A stretch of DNA of 54,534 bases from Smithella sp. (GTDB lineage: Bacteria; Desulfobacterota; Syntrophia; Syntrophales; Smithellaceae), in NCBI GenBank assembly GCA_050011015.1, contig JBEKJX010000002.1:1-54534 (forward strand), read 5' to 3'. The notes under the pieces were generated by a model. The model did not search any database. It was not told where the DNA came from and saw only the letters and a program-made list of their open reading frames with translations. A program made the position numbers and the translations under genes. Positions 11,343 to 21,244 of the stretch are shown here, piece after piece (position 1 is the first letter of the stretch; every line of letters starts with the position of its first letter).

Positions 11343-11366
11343 CAGGGCATACTCGTTCATGCCCTG
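11343..11366. terminator. Hairpin between convergent genes (8-bp stem CAGGGCAT/ATGCCCTG, 8-nt loop)
   Basis: Perfect inverted repeat with only a short CTTT tail on the + strand. Confidence 0.45.
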
Positions 11367-11368
11367 CT

Positions 11369-12256
11369 TTAAGATTCCGCGGTTATGCCGTAGGAATTTC
11401 CTGCAGGAGCCTGATCGCGTCCTCTTTCCGCTATGACGAGTTTGGCGCTGGGGATTTCCCTGCGGGAATACGCGATAAGAGTGCGTACCAGACCCTTGTG
11501 GAATTTCCCTTTTTCCGCTTCATCGAGCAGAAGGTCGATAGCGGCCCGGAGTGAAAACGGGCTGGTTCTGTAAGGCCGCTCCGATATGAGCGCGTCGAGA
11601 GCGTCGACCACGCCTATCAACTTGGAATACTTGTTGAGTGTTTTTATTCCCAGGGGATAGCCGGAACCGTCCAGCCTTTCGTGATGCTGGAACGAGGAAA
11701 AGGCGTATTTCTTGTAATGATTGCCGAAATAATAATGCAGAAGCACGTAGCCGATCAGGGGATGCGAGCTTAATACTTCACGTTCGTGCAGGGTGACGGG
11801 CGTGGGCTTATCCAGTATGTCCAGGGGAATGCGCGATTTGCCCAGATCATGGAAGAGGCTGAGCATCATGGCCAGTTCCGGCAAGTAATGGCTTCTTTGT
11901 GAATAGTCGAAAGATACCTTGGCGGAAAGTATGGCGATAACCATGATATGGCGGTAAGTGTACGGCGTCAGTTTTTTCATGTAGGCGAGTTCGGCTAATA
12001 TCTCTTCCGGCATTTTGATGCGGCTGATGGAACGGATTATCTTTTGATTGGTTTCGGGCGGATACAGAATATTCGTGTATCGCTTGTCTTTAAACGTTTT
12101 GATGAGATCCTTCATCAGCCAGGTATCTTTTATCGCTTTATAAGTGATTTTTCCGGGTAAAGCGGCGATCTTCTCCAGCGCTTTTCTGCTGATATTGTCT
12201 CCGGCTTTCATCAGCAGTGTTTTATCAATTGCGTATAGATCCTTGTCCAGCTTCAT
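11369..12256 (-). CDS. HD-GYP domain c-di-GMP phosphodiesterase
   Basis: Motifs FHDLGK and HHERLDGSGYP. Confidence 0.85.
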   Translation of the reverse strand: MKLDKDLYAIDKTLLMKAGDNISRKALEKIAALPGKITYKAIKDTWLMKDLIKTFKDKRYTNILYPPETNQKIIRSISRIKMPEEILAELAYMKKLTPYTYRHIMVIAILSAKVSFDYSQRSHYLPELAMMLSLFHDLGKSRIPLDILDKPTPVTLHEREVLSSHPLIGYVLLHYYFGNHYKKYAFSSFQHHERLDGSGYPLGIKTLNKYSKLIGVVDALDALISERPYRTSPFSLRAAIDLLLDEAEKGKFHKGLVRTLIAYSRREIPSAKLVIAERGRDQAPAGNSYGITAES

Positions 12257-12405
12257 GTGTGTCTCCTTTTAAAATTTTATTCTGAATTACGGGGTGTTGC
12301 AGGTATCCGTTGGATACTTTTAAAATACTTTTCTTAAGTTTGCGGATCGGGAAGTGTAAAAAAAGACTTCTCAGACCGTTTAATATTTGCAGCGGAGTTT
12401 GAAGC

Positions 12406-13866
12406 TCACTCTTTGGGTGATAAAATTCTCAGCCTGCTGTGTTTCCGGCTGTAGAAAAAGTAAATCACCATGCCGATGGCCATCCAGACAATCAGCCGTA
12501 TCCACGTGTTCAGTGGTAAAAAAACCATTTGAATCATGGTCACCAGGGCTCCGGCTATGGGAACAAAGGGAACCCAGGGAGTACGGAACACGCGCGGAAT
12601 TTCCGGATGGCGGTAGCGCAGCACAAGAACGCTTACGCACACAATGACAAAGGCCAAAAGCGTGCCGATGGAAACAAGCTCGCCGAGAATATTTATGGGA
12701 AAGATGCCGGACACCAGCATAGCGACGCATCCGGTGAGAATTGTCGGTATGTAGGGCGTCTTGAAGCGTGGATGTACGCGGGCAAAACCGGCCGGCAGCA
12801 AACCATCACGCGCCATGGCGAAAAACACCCGCGGCTGAGCCATGAGCAGCACCAGCACCACGGAACTCAGTCCCGCGATGGCGCCGAACTTGATGAAAGG
12901 CCTGAGCCACGCAATGCCCGGCCCCGCGGCATTGACGGCAACGGCAATGGGATCCGGAACGGACAGGCTCGTATATTTCATGATCCCGGTAAGCACGCCG
13001 GACATGAGGATGAAAACAATTGTGCAGATGGCAAGCGAACCGAGAATCCCGATAGGCATATCGCGCTGGGGATTACGCGCTTCCTGCGCCGCGGTGGAAA
13101 CCGCGTCAAAGCCGATGTAGGCGAAAAAGATAACGCCCGCGCCGCGCACCACGCCGCTCCAGCCGAATTCCCCGAACTGGCCGGTATTGGCCGGTAAAAA
13201 AGGCGTCCAGTTGGCAAACCTGATAAAAAAAACGCCTACGCCGATAAAGAGAGCAATGACGATAAGTTTGATAATGACGATAAGATTGTTGACGCCTGCC
13301 GATTCCTTGATGCCTATAACCAGAAGCGACGTCATCAGCGCGACTATAAAGACAGCCGGAAAATTAAGAATGGCGCCGGTTGTGTGCCAGCCCGCGGCTG
13401 CGGAGTAGGAAAGGGGAGTCTGACACAGGGCGGCCGGTATGTTGATATTGAAGTCTTTCAGAAAACTGACGACGTAGCCCGACCATCCCACGGCGACGGT
13501 CGACGCGCCGAAAAGATATTCCAGCACAAGGTCCCAGCCGATGATCCATGCCAGAAGTTCTCCCAGTGTGGCGTAGGCATAGGTATAGGCGCTGCCGGAG
13601 ATCGGAATCATGGAAGCGAATTCCGCGTAGCAAAGCCCGGCCAACGCGCAGCCGATTGCCGAAATGATAAAGGAAAGCACGATTGCCGGACCGGCATAAG
13701 CTGCTGCGGCATGACCGGAAAGAACAAATATTCCCGCGCCGATTACAACGCCTATCCCCAGGCTGATCAGTCCCAGTGGTCCGAGAACTCTTTTGAGCTG
13801 ATGCTGTTCGACCTCCGGTTCCTGCATGATGAGATGAAGGGGTTTGCGAGCGAAGAGACCTTTCAT
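12406..13866 (-). CDS. APC-superfamily amino-acid permease
   Basis: About 12 TM segments with typical amino-acid permease N-terminal motifs (GIGVVIGAGIFVLSG). Confidence 0.9.
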   Translation of the reverse strand: MKGLFARKPLHLIMQEPEVEQHQLKRVLGPLGLISLGIGVVIGAGIFVLSGHAAAAYAGPAIVLSFIISAIGCALAGLCYAEFASMIPISGSAYTYAYATLGELLAWIIGWDLVLEYLFGASTVAVGWSGYVVSFLKDFNINIPAALCQTPLSYSAAAGWHTTGAILNFPAVFIVALMTSLLVIGIKESAGVNNLIVIIKLIVIALFIGVGVFFIRFANWTPFLPANTGQFGEFGWSGVVRGAGVIFFAYIGFDAVSTAAQEARNPQRDMPIGILGSLAICTIVFILMSGVLTGIMKYTSLSVPDPIAVAVNAAGPGIAWLRPFIKFGAIAGLSSVVLVLLMAQPRVFFAMARDGLLPAGFARVHPRFKTPYIPTILTGCVAMLVSGIFPINILGELVSIGTLLAFVIVCVSVLVLRYRHPEIPRVFRTPWVPFVPIAGALVTMIQMVFLPLNTWIRLIVWMAIGMVIYFFYSRKHSRLRILSPKE

Positions 13867-14102
13867 AGTTCAATCCTTGTCATACCAATACTAAATCATT
13901 TTGAAACGGTATCAAGTAGTGTGGGAATATTTCTTAAATTAGGTAGAGTCTATAAAAACTAGGTCTTGTATGTCAAGAAAATCTTGCCGGAAATCTTAAA
14001 GGAATCAAAGTGTCTGTCATTACACCCGTTACGAGATGCCTCTCAGACGCCGTGGGATACGGGATTGCCACGGCTCCCAAAGGTCGCCTTGCAATGACGC
14101 CA

Positions 14103-15896
14103 TTACGAAAGCTTTTCGACCGTGACAATCAAATCTTGCGCCACCCGCGATAATTCCATGGCTTTTTCCCGGCTCAGGGATGACGGGGTAAAGCGCAGCA
14201 TGTCGCACTCGGAAATAAAGTTCTCCAGTTGCTTTTGCGCCTCCAGCGACAGGCCTTTGCTGTTCAAGATATCCCTTAATCCGTCGGAAGTTATGCCCGC
14301 CGCGGAGAAACCGTATTTATCGCCGAGATATTTTGCCGTGGCGTTAAATATTTCACTCAGGAATTCTTTCAGATCATTGCGCTTTAAAAGTTGGGAAGCT
14401 TTTTTCAACTTCTTCTTAGCGACCTTGAGCGCCAGCTTCTGCCGCAGTTTTGACGGATCCGCAGATAATTGCCGCTGATATTTTCTATACAAAGAAAAGA
14501 GGATCAAAAGAACAATGATTACCGAAACAGGCAGCCAGAAGAACATGGAAGTTCCTGTCTTTAAGACTGCAGCGCCGATTTTATCCCAGGGGATGACAAT
14601 GGCCATCCGCTTTTTAGATGTTTCAGCCGCCAGGCCTTTTTCATATTCCTGAGGCAGCGGTGCGGTGGAAGGCAGAATGTTCAGGCTCAGTTCACTGCTC
14701 TTTATGGTGCGGTATTCTTTTCTGGACGGATCAAAATAAGAAAACTCAAAAGGCGGCAGGGTAAATCGTCCTTCTTTCAAAGGAATAAGGACGATATCAA
14801 AGCTCTTGCTGCCGGAGACGCCCGAATTGTCCTTGATCATGTTTTCTTTGCCGCTTGCGGAAAGTTTTTTGAAATCTTTGGGCAAAGAACTGACCGGTTC
14901 GGAAATCGTCTGAATATTTCCCTTTCCCCAGATTTTGGCCGTTATCTGAACAGGCTGACCCCTCTCGATTTCATTTTTCTTGAGCGAGACGTCTATCTGG
15001 TAATCTCCCACTGTGCCGGAAAAATTATCCGGCTTTCCCTCTTTGGGCAGTGGCAGAACTTTGATTTTCAGCGGTTCGGTTTTTATCGTCTGCGCGGTGG
15101 CAAAAGGATCGGTCTGCACGAGCAGGGTTGCCGGGCCGATGGTAAAATTTCCGGCGGTTGTCGGGAAAAGAGCGGTCTTGAAATCCTGAGCCACATACTT
15201 GATGCCGTTAAGTGTTACTTCGCGTAAATTCTTTTCGGTGGGCAGGTTGACCGCCCAGAAGCCCGTGGTATCCGGCGGCGCGTACGAGGGGCTCTGGAAA
15301 AGATTGACTCTTCTGTAAAAAGTGAAAGTCAGTAGAATCTGCTGGTTGACGTAAACAGTGGTCTGCGAAGCCTTCAATTCGACTTTGACAGGATCTTTAA
15401 CCATCTGCGGCTGGCGTAAACGCGCGGAATGCGCATTGAAGAATTCGTCAAAATTATCCCAGGGACCGGGGGGCCGCTGAGATCGGGACTGCGTTTTTTT
15501 GCCTTCAGCTTTGGTGACGGTGATATTAACAGGGTCGGTCGTGTACGTTTTCCCGCTGATGGTGATAGAGGCCGGGCCGATGTGAGCCTGGCCTGTCTTT
15601 TCCGGCTGGAGCGTGTAGGTAAAAGATTTGGAAGAACTCATCTGGCCGTTGATTATGGAAAAATTGGAAGACTGGGACTGGCTGACAACGCTCAAATTGC
15701 TGAATTTCGGCAGTTCGGGATTGGGCGCACTTCCGGCGGAGTTTCCCGATATTGTCAGGGTGTATTGTACGATGTCATCCAGCGCCACGGAGTTCTTGTC
15801 CACATTGGCGCTGAAGGTCGAATCAGCCGCAAACGTATAGCTGTATGCACAAAGCGCGAAACCAATGAATAAAATTATCCTACCAATCTTTAACAT
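14103..15896 (-). CDS. batD: BatD-like protein
   Basis: Signal peptide, large periplasmic part, one late TM segment and a C-terminal helical domain. Last gene of the Bat-type operon. ATG 15896 with upstream GAGG is preferred over GTG 15905. Confidence 0.75.
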   Translation of the reverse strand: MLKIGRIILFIGFALCAYSYTFAADSTFSANVDKNSVALDDIVQYTLTISGNSAGSAPNPELPKFSNLSVVSQSQSSNFSIINGQMSSSKSFTYTLQPEKTGQAHIGPASITISGKTYTTDPVNITVTKAEGKKTQSRSQRPPGPWDNFDEFFNAHSARLRQPQMVKDPVKVELKASQTTVYVNQQILLTFTFYRRVNLFQSPSYAPPDTTGFWAVNLPTEKNLREVTLNGIKYVAQDFKTALFPTTAGNFTIGPATLLVQTDPFATAQTIKTEPLKIKVLPLPKEGKPDNFSGTVGDYQIDVSLKKNEIERGQPVQITAKIWGKGNIQTISEPVSSLPKDFKKLSASGKENMIKDNSGVSGSKSFDIVLIPLKEGRFTLPPFEFSYFDPSRKEYRTIKSSELSLNILPSTAPLPQEYEKGLAAETSKKRMAIVIPWDKIGAAVLKTGTSMFFWLPVSVIIVLLILFSLYRKYQRQLSADPSKLRQKLALKVAKKKLKKASQLLKRNDLKEFLSEIFNATAKYLGDKYGFSAAGITSDGLRDILNSKGLSLEAQKQLENFISECDMLRFTPSSLSREKAMELSRVAQDLIVTVEKLS

Positions 15897-16638
15897 CGCC
15901 CCCACCTCGTCCGGCCTTCAGTTTTTGATCTTTATGTTTTTCCTTATCCTCAAGAGCGTTTAAAATACGCAGTGCGTCTTCCTTGCTCATTTGGCCCGGT
16001 TTTAGTTGTTTCTCATCCTTATTGTCTTTGTTTTTATTTTTATCCCGGTCGTTATTTTTGTTCTGATTTTTGTCCTGAGATTGATCCTTTTTCTTTTGCT
16101 GCTCATCCTTTTTTTGTTTTTCTTTATCCTGCCTGGGCATGGCCAGCATTTTCCTGGCCAGATCAAGATTGAATTGCGCGTCCTTGTCTTTGGCGTCAAT
16201 CTTCAGCGACTCTTCATAGGCGTCAATCGCGTTTTTATAGTCTTCCTGTTTGAAAAAGGAATTGCCCAGATTATAGAATGCTTTTTGGCGTAAATCTTCA
16301 GCCACGGATTTATCGGTCAGGCTTTTAAAAACGGCCTCGCTTTCCTTGTACCTTCCTTCTTTATAGAATGCATCCCCTAAATTGAATCCGGCTTTCCGGT
16401 CATTTCTTTTCTTTTCCAGAATATTACCGTAAACCTGCCCGGCCTGTGAATAGTCTCCTTTTTTATAGAGGTCGTTGCCGCGACTTAATTCCGATTCGAA
16501 GGGCAGAGCAAAAGCATTCAACGCCGTAAAAAATATCATGGATGCAAGGTAAAAACAAATGACATATTTCCATGACCGGTATCCGGCTTCCCGATGGATC
16601 ATTGATTTTTTATTGAATCTGAAGATTGGTTTTTTCAT
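15880..16638 (-). CDS. batC: BatC-like TPR protein with a K/D/N/Q-rich low-complexity tail
   Basis: TPR repeats. ATG 16638 overlaps the batB stop (ATGA). The longer ORF-track start at 16677 would lie inside batB. Confidence 0.7.
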   Translation of the reverse strand: MKKPIFRFNKKSMIHREAGYRSWKYVICFYLASMIFFTALNAFALPFESELSRGNDLYKKGDYSQAGQVYGNILEKKRNDRKAGFNLGDAFYKEGRYKESEAVFKSLTDKSVAEDLRQKAFYNLGNSFFKQEDYKNAIDAYEESLKIDAKDKDAQFNLDLARKMLAMPRQDKEKQKKDEQQKKKDQSQDKNQNKNNDRDKNKNKDNKDEKQLKPGQMSKEDALRILNALEDKEKHKDQKLKAGRGGGDVKDW

Positions 16639-17612
16639 TCCTTTCGCTCCGAAATCAGCATTTCCGCCACTAAACAAAGCAGGCTTAAAAAAACAAATAT
16701 CTGGAAACGGTCATGGTACTGATAAACCATACTCTGTTTAATTCTTTGCTTGGGCAGAAGCGAAATTGCCGTGAACAATTTTTGAAATCCGGCCTGGTCA
16801 CTGCTGATCATAAATGACTGGCCCCCGGTTTTTTCAGACAGAGCTTTAAGCAGTTCCGGATTGGCCCGGGTCAAAATGACGTTTCCCTCCCTGTCCTTTC
16901 TAAAACCGCCCTCAACCGGAATTGGCGCTCCCTCCAGTGATCCTATTCCCACGGCAAATATGCGGATGCCTTCTTTTTGAGCCGTTTCCGCCGCGGCGAC
17001 AGCCGAGCCGCTGAGCTCTTCCCCATCGGTCAATAGAATAATTACTTTGCTGTTGCTTGATTTGCCGAAAGCCTTTATGCACGTCTGAATAGCCCCGCCG
17101 ATATCGGTTCCGGGATCGGGAATCAGATCCGTGTCGATGGATTTTAAAAATAATTTCACCGCGCCGATATCCGTCGTTAGGGGACAATTAACGAAGCTTG
17201 ATCCGGCAAAGGCGGCAAGTCCGATGCGGTTGCCGGCCAGTTCATCAATGATCATATTAAGAGAGCTCTTAGCGTTTTCCAGACGGCTGGGCGAAATGTC
17301 TTTGGCCAGCATGCTTTTGGAAACGTCAATGGCGATCATCACGTCTATTCCCATCCGGCCGGAAACTTCCGTCTTCTGTCCCCACTGCGGCCTTGCGAGA
17401 ACAATGAACAGAAAGAAAACTGCCAGGACAAAAAGCGCCTGTTTGATCAAATGATTTCTTTTGTTCCAATGGCCCAGCATCAATTCCGCCAGATCGCCGG
17501 GAAACAATCTGGAGATCAGCTTTTGCTTTTTATTCCAGAGCAGAATCTCCAGAGCAATCAGCCCGATCAAGACCAGCAGCAGCCAAAGATATAGCGGTTC
17601 TCCAAAAATCAC
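16635..17612 (-). CDS. batB: BatB-like VWA-domain membrane protein
   Basis: VWA MIDAS motif (DVSKSM). GTG 17612 overlaps the batA stop (GTGA) and gives the N-terminus (M)IFGEPLYLWLLL. Confidence 0.8.
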   Translation of the reverse strand: MIFGEPLYLWLLLVLIGLIALEILLWNKKQKLISRLFPGDLAELMLGHWNKRNHLIKQALFVLAVFFLFIVLARPQWGQKTEVSGRMGIDVMIAIDVSKSMLAKDISPSRLENAKSSLNMIIDELAGNRIGLAAFAGSSFVNCPLTTDIGAVKLFLKSIDTDLIPDPGTDIGGAIQTCIKAFGKSSNSKVIILLTDGEELSGSAVAAAETAQKEGIRIFAVGIGSLEGAPIPVEGGFRKDREGNVILTRANPELLKALSEKTGGQSFMISSDQAGFQKLFTAISLLPKQRIKQSMVYQYHDRFQIFVFLSLLCLVAEMLISERKE

Positions 17613-18604
17613 GGCAGACTCCTTAAATAAAACCGCCGATATAACCACTCCAGCATCAGCAGCATCAACGCCGGCCAGACAAACCAGGCAAAATGTTCAT
17701 CAAAAATAAAAACATCCTTTGTTACAAATTTGGTTTTTTCCATTTTATCGATAGCGGAGAAAATCGCTTTAAGTTTATTGTCATCTCCCGCCATAAAATA
17801 ACCTCCTTCGCTGACAGCGCTGATCTGGCGCAGGCCGTCTTCGTTCATCCTGGTCAGGAATAGCGAGCCGTCAGGGTTGCGGGCATAGACCAATCTGCCG
17901 AATTGATCCTGAATTTTTATAGGAGCGCCGTTGGGATCGCCGATGCCTACGGAGTATATTTTTATGCCCAGAGCCTGCGCCATTTTGGCCGCGGTTACAG
18001 GGTCAATTTCACCGGCATTGTTATCTCCATCGGTCAGGAGAAGAATTATTCTGGTCTTGGCTTCCGATTCCTTAAGACGATTAACGCAGGTTGCCAGCCC
18101 CATTCCGATGGCGGTGCTGTCTTCGATCATGCCGATATGAACCTGATCCAGATAGTTCAAAACCGTATTGTGATCCGTGGTCAACGGACATTGAAGGTAA
18201 CTGTTTCCGGCAAATACCACCAGGCCTATGCGATCCTGAGGGCGGCCTTCGATAAATCGGGCCAGAATATTCTTCGCTGCTGTGATACGGTTTGGTTTCA
18301 GGTCTTCGGCGTTCATGCTGCTGCTGACATCCAGAGCCACCATAATATCGGCGCCGTTACGGCTGCTGGTGTCGGCCACATATCCCTGCTGGGGACGCAT
18401 AAGCGCCAGGATCAGGAGAATCAGAACGGCCAGACGCAGGTATAGCGGCAGCCGTGTCCTGATCCTTAAATCGGGCAGCCTGCCCTTAAGCTTGCCCAAA
18501 AGATCGGGATGCGGCAGACTGACGGGTTTTTTTACCACGGCAAATCTATACAGGAATGGCAACGCAAACCATAAAAGAATAAACCAGAAATTCTGGAAAT
18601 GCAT
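17609..18604 (-). CDS. batA: BatA-like VWA-domain membrane protein
   Basis: Two N-terminal TM segments plus a VWA domain (LDVSSSM). Confidence 0.85.
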   Translation of the reverse strand: MHFQNFWFILLWFALPFLYRFAVVKKPVSLPHPDLLGKLKGRLPDLRIRTRLPLYLRLAVLILLILALMRPQQGYVADTSSRNGADIMVALDVSSSMNAEDLKPNRITAAKNILARFIEGRPQDRIGLVVFAGNSYLQCPLTTDHNTVLNYLDQVHIGMIEDSTAIGMGLATCVNRLKESEAKTRIILLLTDGDNNAGEIDPVTAAKMAQALGIKIYSVGIGDPNGAPIKIQDQFGRLVYARNPDGSLFLTRMNEDGLRQISAVSEGGYFMAGDDNKLKAIFSAIDKMEKTKFVTKDVFIFDEHFAWFVWPALMLLMLEWLYRRFYLRSLP

Positions 18605-18607
18605 AAC

Positions 18608-19126
18608 CTATGTCCTTTTCAAATATTTCCTTATAATATTTTCAGATTCAGCTTTCTTTTGTTTCATTTCGGCAATCCCCGGCCGGAGTTTGGCAAATTT
18701 CACCAGGTCGCATTCACAAAAATAAGCGTCCAGATTTTTGACTTTGGTAAAATCACGCTCTACCCGTTCCATTTCCCGGATAATTTCCAGGGAAGTCTTA
18801 TCCATGGTATCGATATGATAATTGCCGGTCAGGAACTGGCGCACGATTTCGGTTATTTCAAAATAAAATTCCTTAATTTTCCTTTTCTCAAAATATTCCA
18901 CCGGATCAATCTTCATAAGCGCATCCAGTGCAACCTCATCGAAAGGCCGTGCGGGAGCGGCGGCTTCTTTACCGGCATCTTTTTTATTCCACCGCCGGCG
19001 CCGTAAATATTTTAAAAGAAAATACCCCGCGAGGATCAACACCAGCAGGCAAAGCGCAAAGAACATGAACGTTCCCCAATCAAAAATGTAAAATATACCT
19101 TTAATATCTTTTAATTGTTCCTGCAT
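18608..19126 (-). CDS. DUF4381-type single-TM protein
   Basis: TM segment followed by RRRRW. It occupies the usual position between the DUF58 gene and batA. Its ATG shares one nt with the DUF58 stop. Confidence 0.65.
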   Translation of the reverse strand: MQEQLKDIKGIFYIFDWGTFMFFALCLLVLILAGYFLLKYLRRRRWNKKDAGKEAAAPARPFDEVALDALMKIDPVEYFEKRKIKEFYFEITEIVRQFLTGNYHIDTMDKTSLEIIREMERVERDFTKVKNLDAYFCECDLVKFAKLRPGIAEMKQKKAESENIIRKYLKRT

Positions 19127-20007
19127 CAGTGAGCTATCCTTTTTTCCCGTGCTTTAAAGAAACGATTCAGCGCAGCGACATATTCGCCGTCGGCGGCCAG
19201 TTCCAGATGATCGATCTCCAGCGACCGGAAAAATTTCCGTAAATCCGCCAGTTCTCCTGCGGCCGCTTCTTCATAATCCCGGCGCAGCTTTTCATTCCGT
19301 AAATCAACCTGGATCAAATCGCCCGATTCCGGATCTTCAAAACAGACCACCGGCAGTTCGGGCAGGGATTTTTCCATCTTATCTTTAATGATGATCGGAA
19401 TGAGATCGTGTTTTTTCGACAATATCCTGATGGGCTGTTCATATCCATTTGCCAGAAAATCGGAAATTACAAACAATACGGAGCTTTTTTTGTTGACCCT
19501 GCTCAGGTAGCGCAGCGCCTGTGCCATGTCTGTCCTTCTCCCCTCACGTTTAAAAGAAAGTATTTCCCGGATAACCTGCAGAACATGGCGTCTTCCTTTT
19601 TTAGGCGGAATATATTTTTCGATCCGGTCAGAGAACATAAGCAGGCCGACCAGATCGTTGTTCTTGATCGCGGAAAAAGCCAGCACTGCCGCGATTTCGG
19701 CCGCGGCTTCGTTTTTGATTAATTTCTGGGAGCCAAAATCCTGAGAAGCGCTAATGTCCACACAAAGGATTATACTTTGCTGCCTTTCCTCGATGAATTT
19801 TTTGATATACGGATAACCGAGGCGGGCGCTGACATTCCAGTCAATCAAACGGATATCATCTCCCGGAACGTACTCGCGAACTTCATGAAATTCCAGGCCC
19901 TGTCCCTTGAAAACACTGCGGTATTCCCCGGCAAAAAGCTGATTGACAGACTTGCGCGAACGGATTTCTATTTGTTTGATCTTCCTGTAAATGGACTGGT
20001 CAAGCAT
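19126..20007 (-). CDS. DUF58-family protein (MoxR partner)
   Basis: Motifs GEYRSVFKGQGLEFHEVREY.PGDD.R.IDW. ATG 20007 lies just downstream of the moxR stop and avoids the 23-nt overlap of the longer ORF. Confidence 0.85.
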   Translation of the reverse strand: MLDQSIYRKIKQIEIRSRKSVNQLFAGEYRSVFKGQGLEFHEVREYVPGDDIRLIDWNVSARLGYPYIKKFIEERQQSIILCVDISASQDFGSQKLIKNEAAAEIAAVLAFSAIKNNDLVGLLMFSDRIEKYIPPKKGRRHVLQVIREILSFKREGRRTDMAQALRYLSRVNKKSSVLFVISDFLANGYEQPIRILSKKHDLIPIIIKDKMEKSLPELPVVCFEDPESGDLIQVDLRNEKLRRDYEEAAAGELADLRKFFRSLEIDHLELAADGEYVAALNRFFKAREKRIAH

Positions 20008-20011
20008 GCTC

Positions 20012-21001
20012 TCAGGGCACCTCAATGGCGTCAAAAACTTTTTGAATGATTGTTTCCGCTCTCAGTTCCTCGGCTTCGGCTTCGTAGGTCAGGATAATCC
20101 GGTGCCTCAGCACATCCATGCCGATACTCTTGATATCGTCCGGCGTGACATAACCGCGGCGGCGGATAAAAGCGTGGCCCTTGGCCGCCTGCGCCAGGTA
20201 AATGGATGCGCGGGGCGAAGCGCCGTACTGAATCAACCCTTTTATTTCATTAAGTCCGAATTCCTCCGGCCGTCGGGTGGCGCTCACCAGAGAAACGATA
20301 TAATGTTTTAATTTTTCATCGATATATATCTGGTTGATCAGGCCGCGGGTTTCCATGATTTCCTGCGGGCTGATGATTTTTTCCACCTTTGGTTCCTCGC
20401 CGATCAGCGCCGCATCGATGATCCGGACTTCTTCCTCCCTGCCGGGATAAGTTATCGTAACCTTCAGCATGAAACGGTCAATGGCCGCTTCCGGCAGGGG
20501 ATAGGTTCCTTCCTGTTCAATCGGGTTTTGCGTTGCCATGACCATAAAAGGCTCGGGCAGGCGATAGGTTTCCTTGGAAATGGTTACATGATGCTCCTGC
20601 ATGGCCTCCAGCAAAGCGCTCTGCACCTTGGAAGGCGAGCGGTTGATTTCGTCGGCCAGAATAATGTTGGCGAAAATCGGCCCCTGGCGGGGGGTGAATT
20701 CACCGGTTTTGGGATTGAGCACCATGGTGCCGATAAGATCGGAAGGAAGAAGATCCGGGGTGAACTGGATGCGCGAAAAATGGGCGTCGATTGCCGCAGC
20801 CAGGGTCTTGACGATCAAGGTTTTGGCCAGACCCGGAACGCCTTCCACCAGAACATGGCCGTTGCAGAGCATGGCAATCAACAGGCGGTCGATAATATTT
20901 TTCTGGCCGATAATCGTACCGGCCATGGTTTTATTGATTTTATCAATAAATTCACTTTTGGCTTTTACTTTTTCGTCAATGATTTTTATTTCATTATCCA
21001 C
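20012..21001 (-). CDS. moxR: MoxR-family AAA+ ATPase
   Basis: Walker A GVPGLAKT, Walker B LADEINR and the typical length of about 330 aa. Confidence 0.95.
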   Translation of the reverse strand: MDNEIKIIDEKVKAKSEFIDKINKTMAGTIIGQKNIIDRLLIAMLCNGHVLVEGVPGLAKTLIVKTLAAAIDAHFSRIQFTPDLLPSDLIGTMVLNPKTGEFTPRQGPIFANIILADEINRSPSKVQSALLEAMQEHHVTISKETYRLPEPFMVMATQNPIEQEGTYPLPEAAIDRFMLKVTITYPGREEEVRIIDAALIGEEPKVEKIISPQEIMETRGLINQIYIDEKLKHYIVSLVSATRRPEEFGLNEIKGLIQYGASPRASIYLAQAAKGHAFIRRRGYVTPDDIKSIGMDVLRHRIILTYEAEAEELRAETIIQKVFDAIEVP

Positions 21002-21244
21002 TATGTGTTTCCTCCTTGAGAGAAAATAATTTTATTGTTTAAACGGTTTTTGACGGATGGAAATATAAGAATTCCAGTTTAGCCTGTCAAGACCGGAAAA
21101 TTAATTTTTTATCGCGTCCCTGATGATAATTTCACTATCGGCAGTAACCCTGCTTTGCCTGTTTATTTTTACAGACGAGTTGAAAACCCAGATTCCATAT
21201 TTATTTCCCTTTAAGTTGTAAATCAGGAATTCTTTTGCCAATCT

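Noticed and set aside
2484-13873. Many long antisense or alternate-frame ORFs over the ATPase and permease genes (e.g. 2484-3083, 4550-5203, 7323-7736, 8629-9357, 8850-9494, 12529-13197, 13364-13873).
   Set aside because: They are shadow ORFs of strongly supported genes on the opposite strand or in another frame. Their composition is Arg/Gly/Pro-skewed, as expected for out-of-frame reads.
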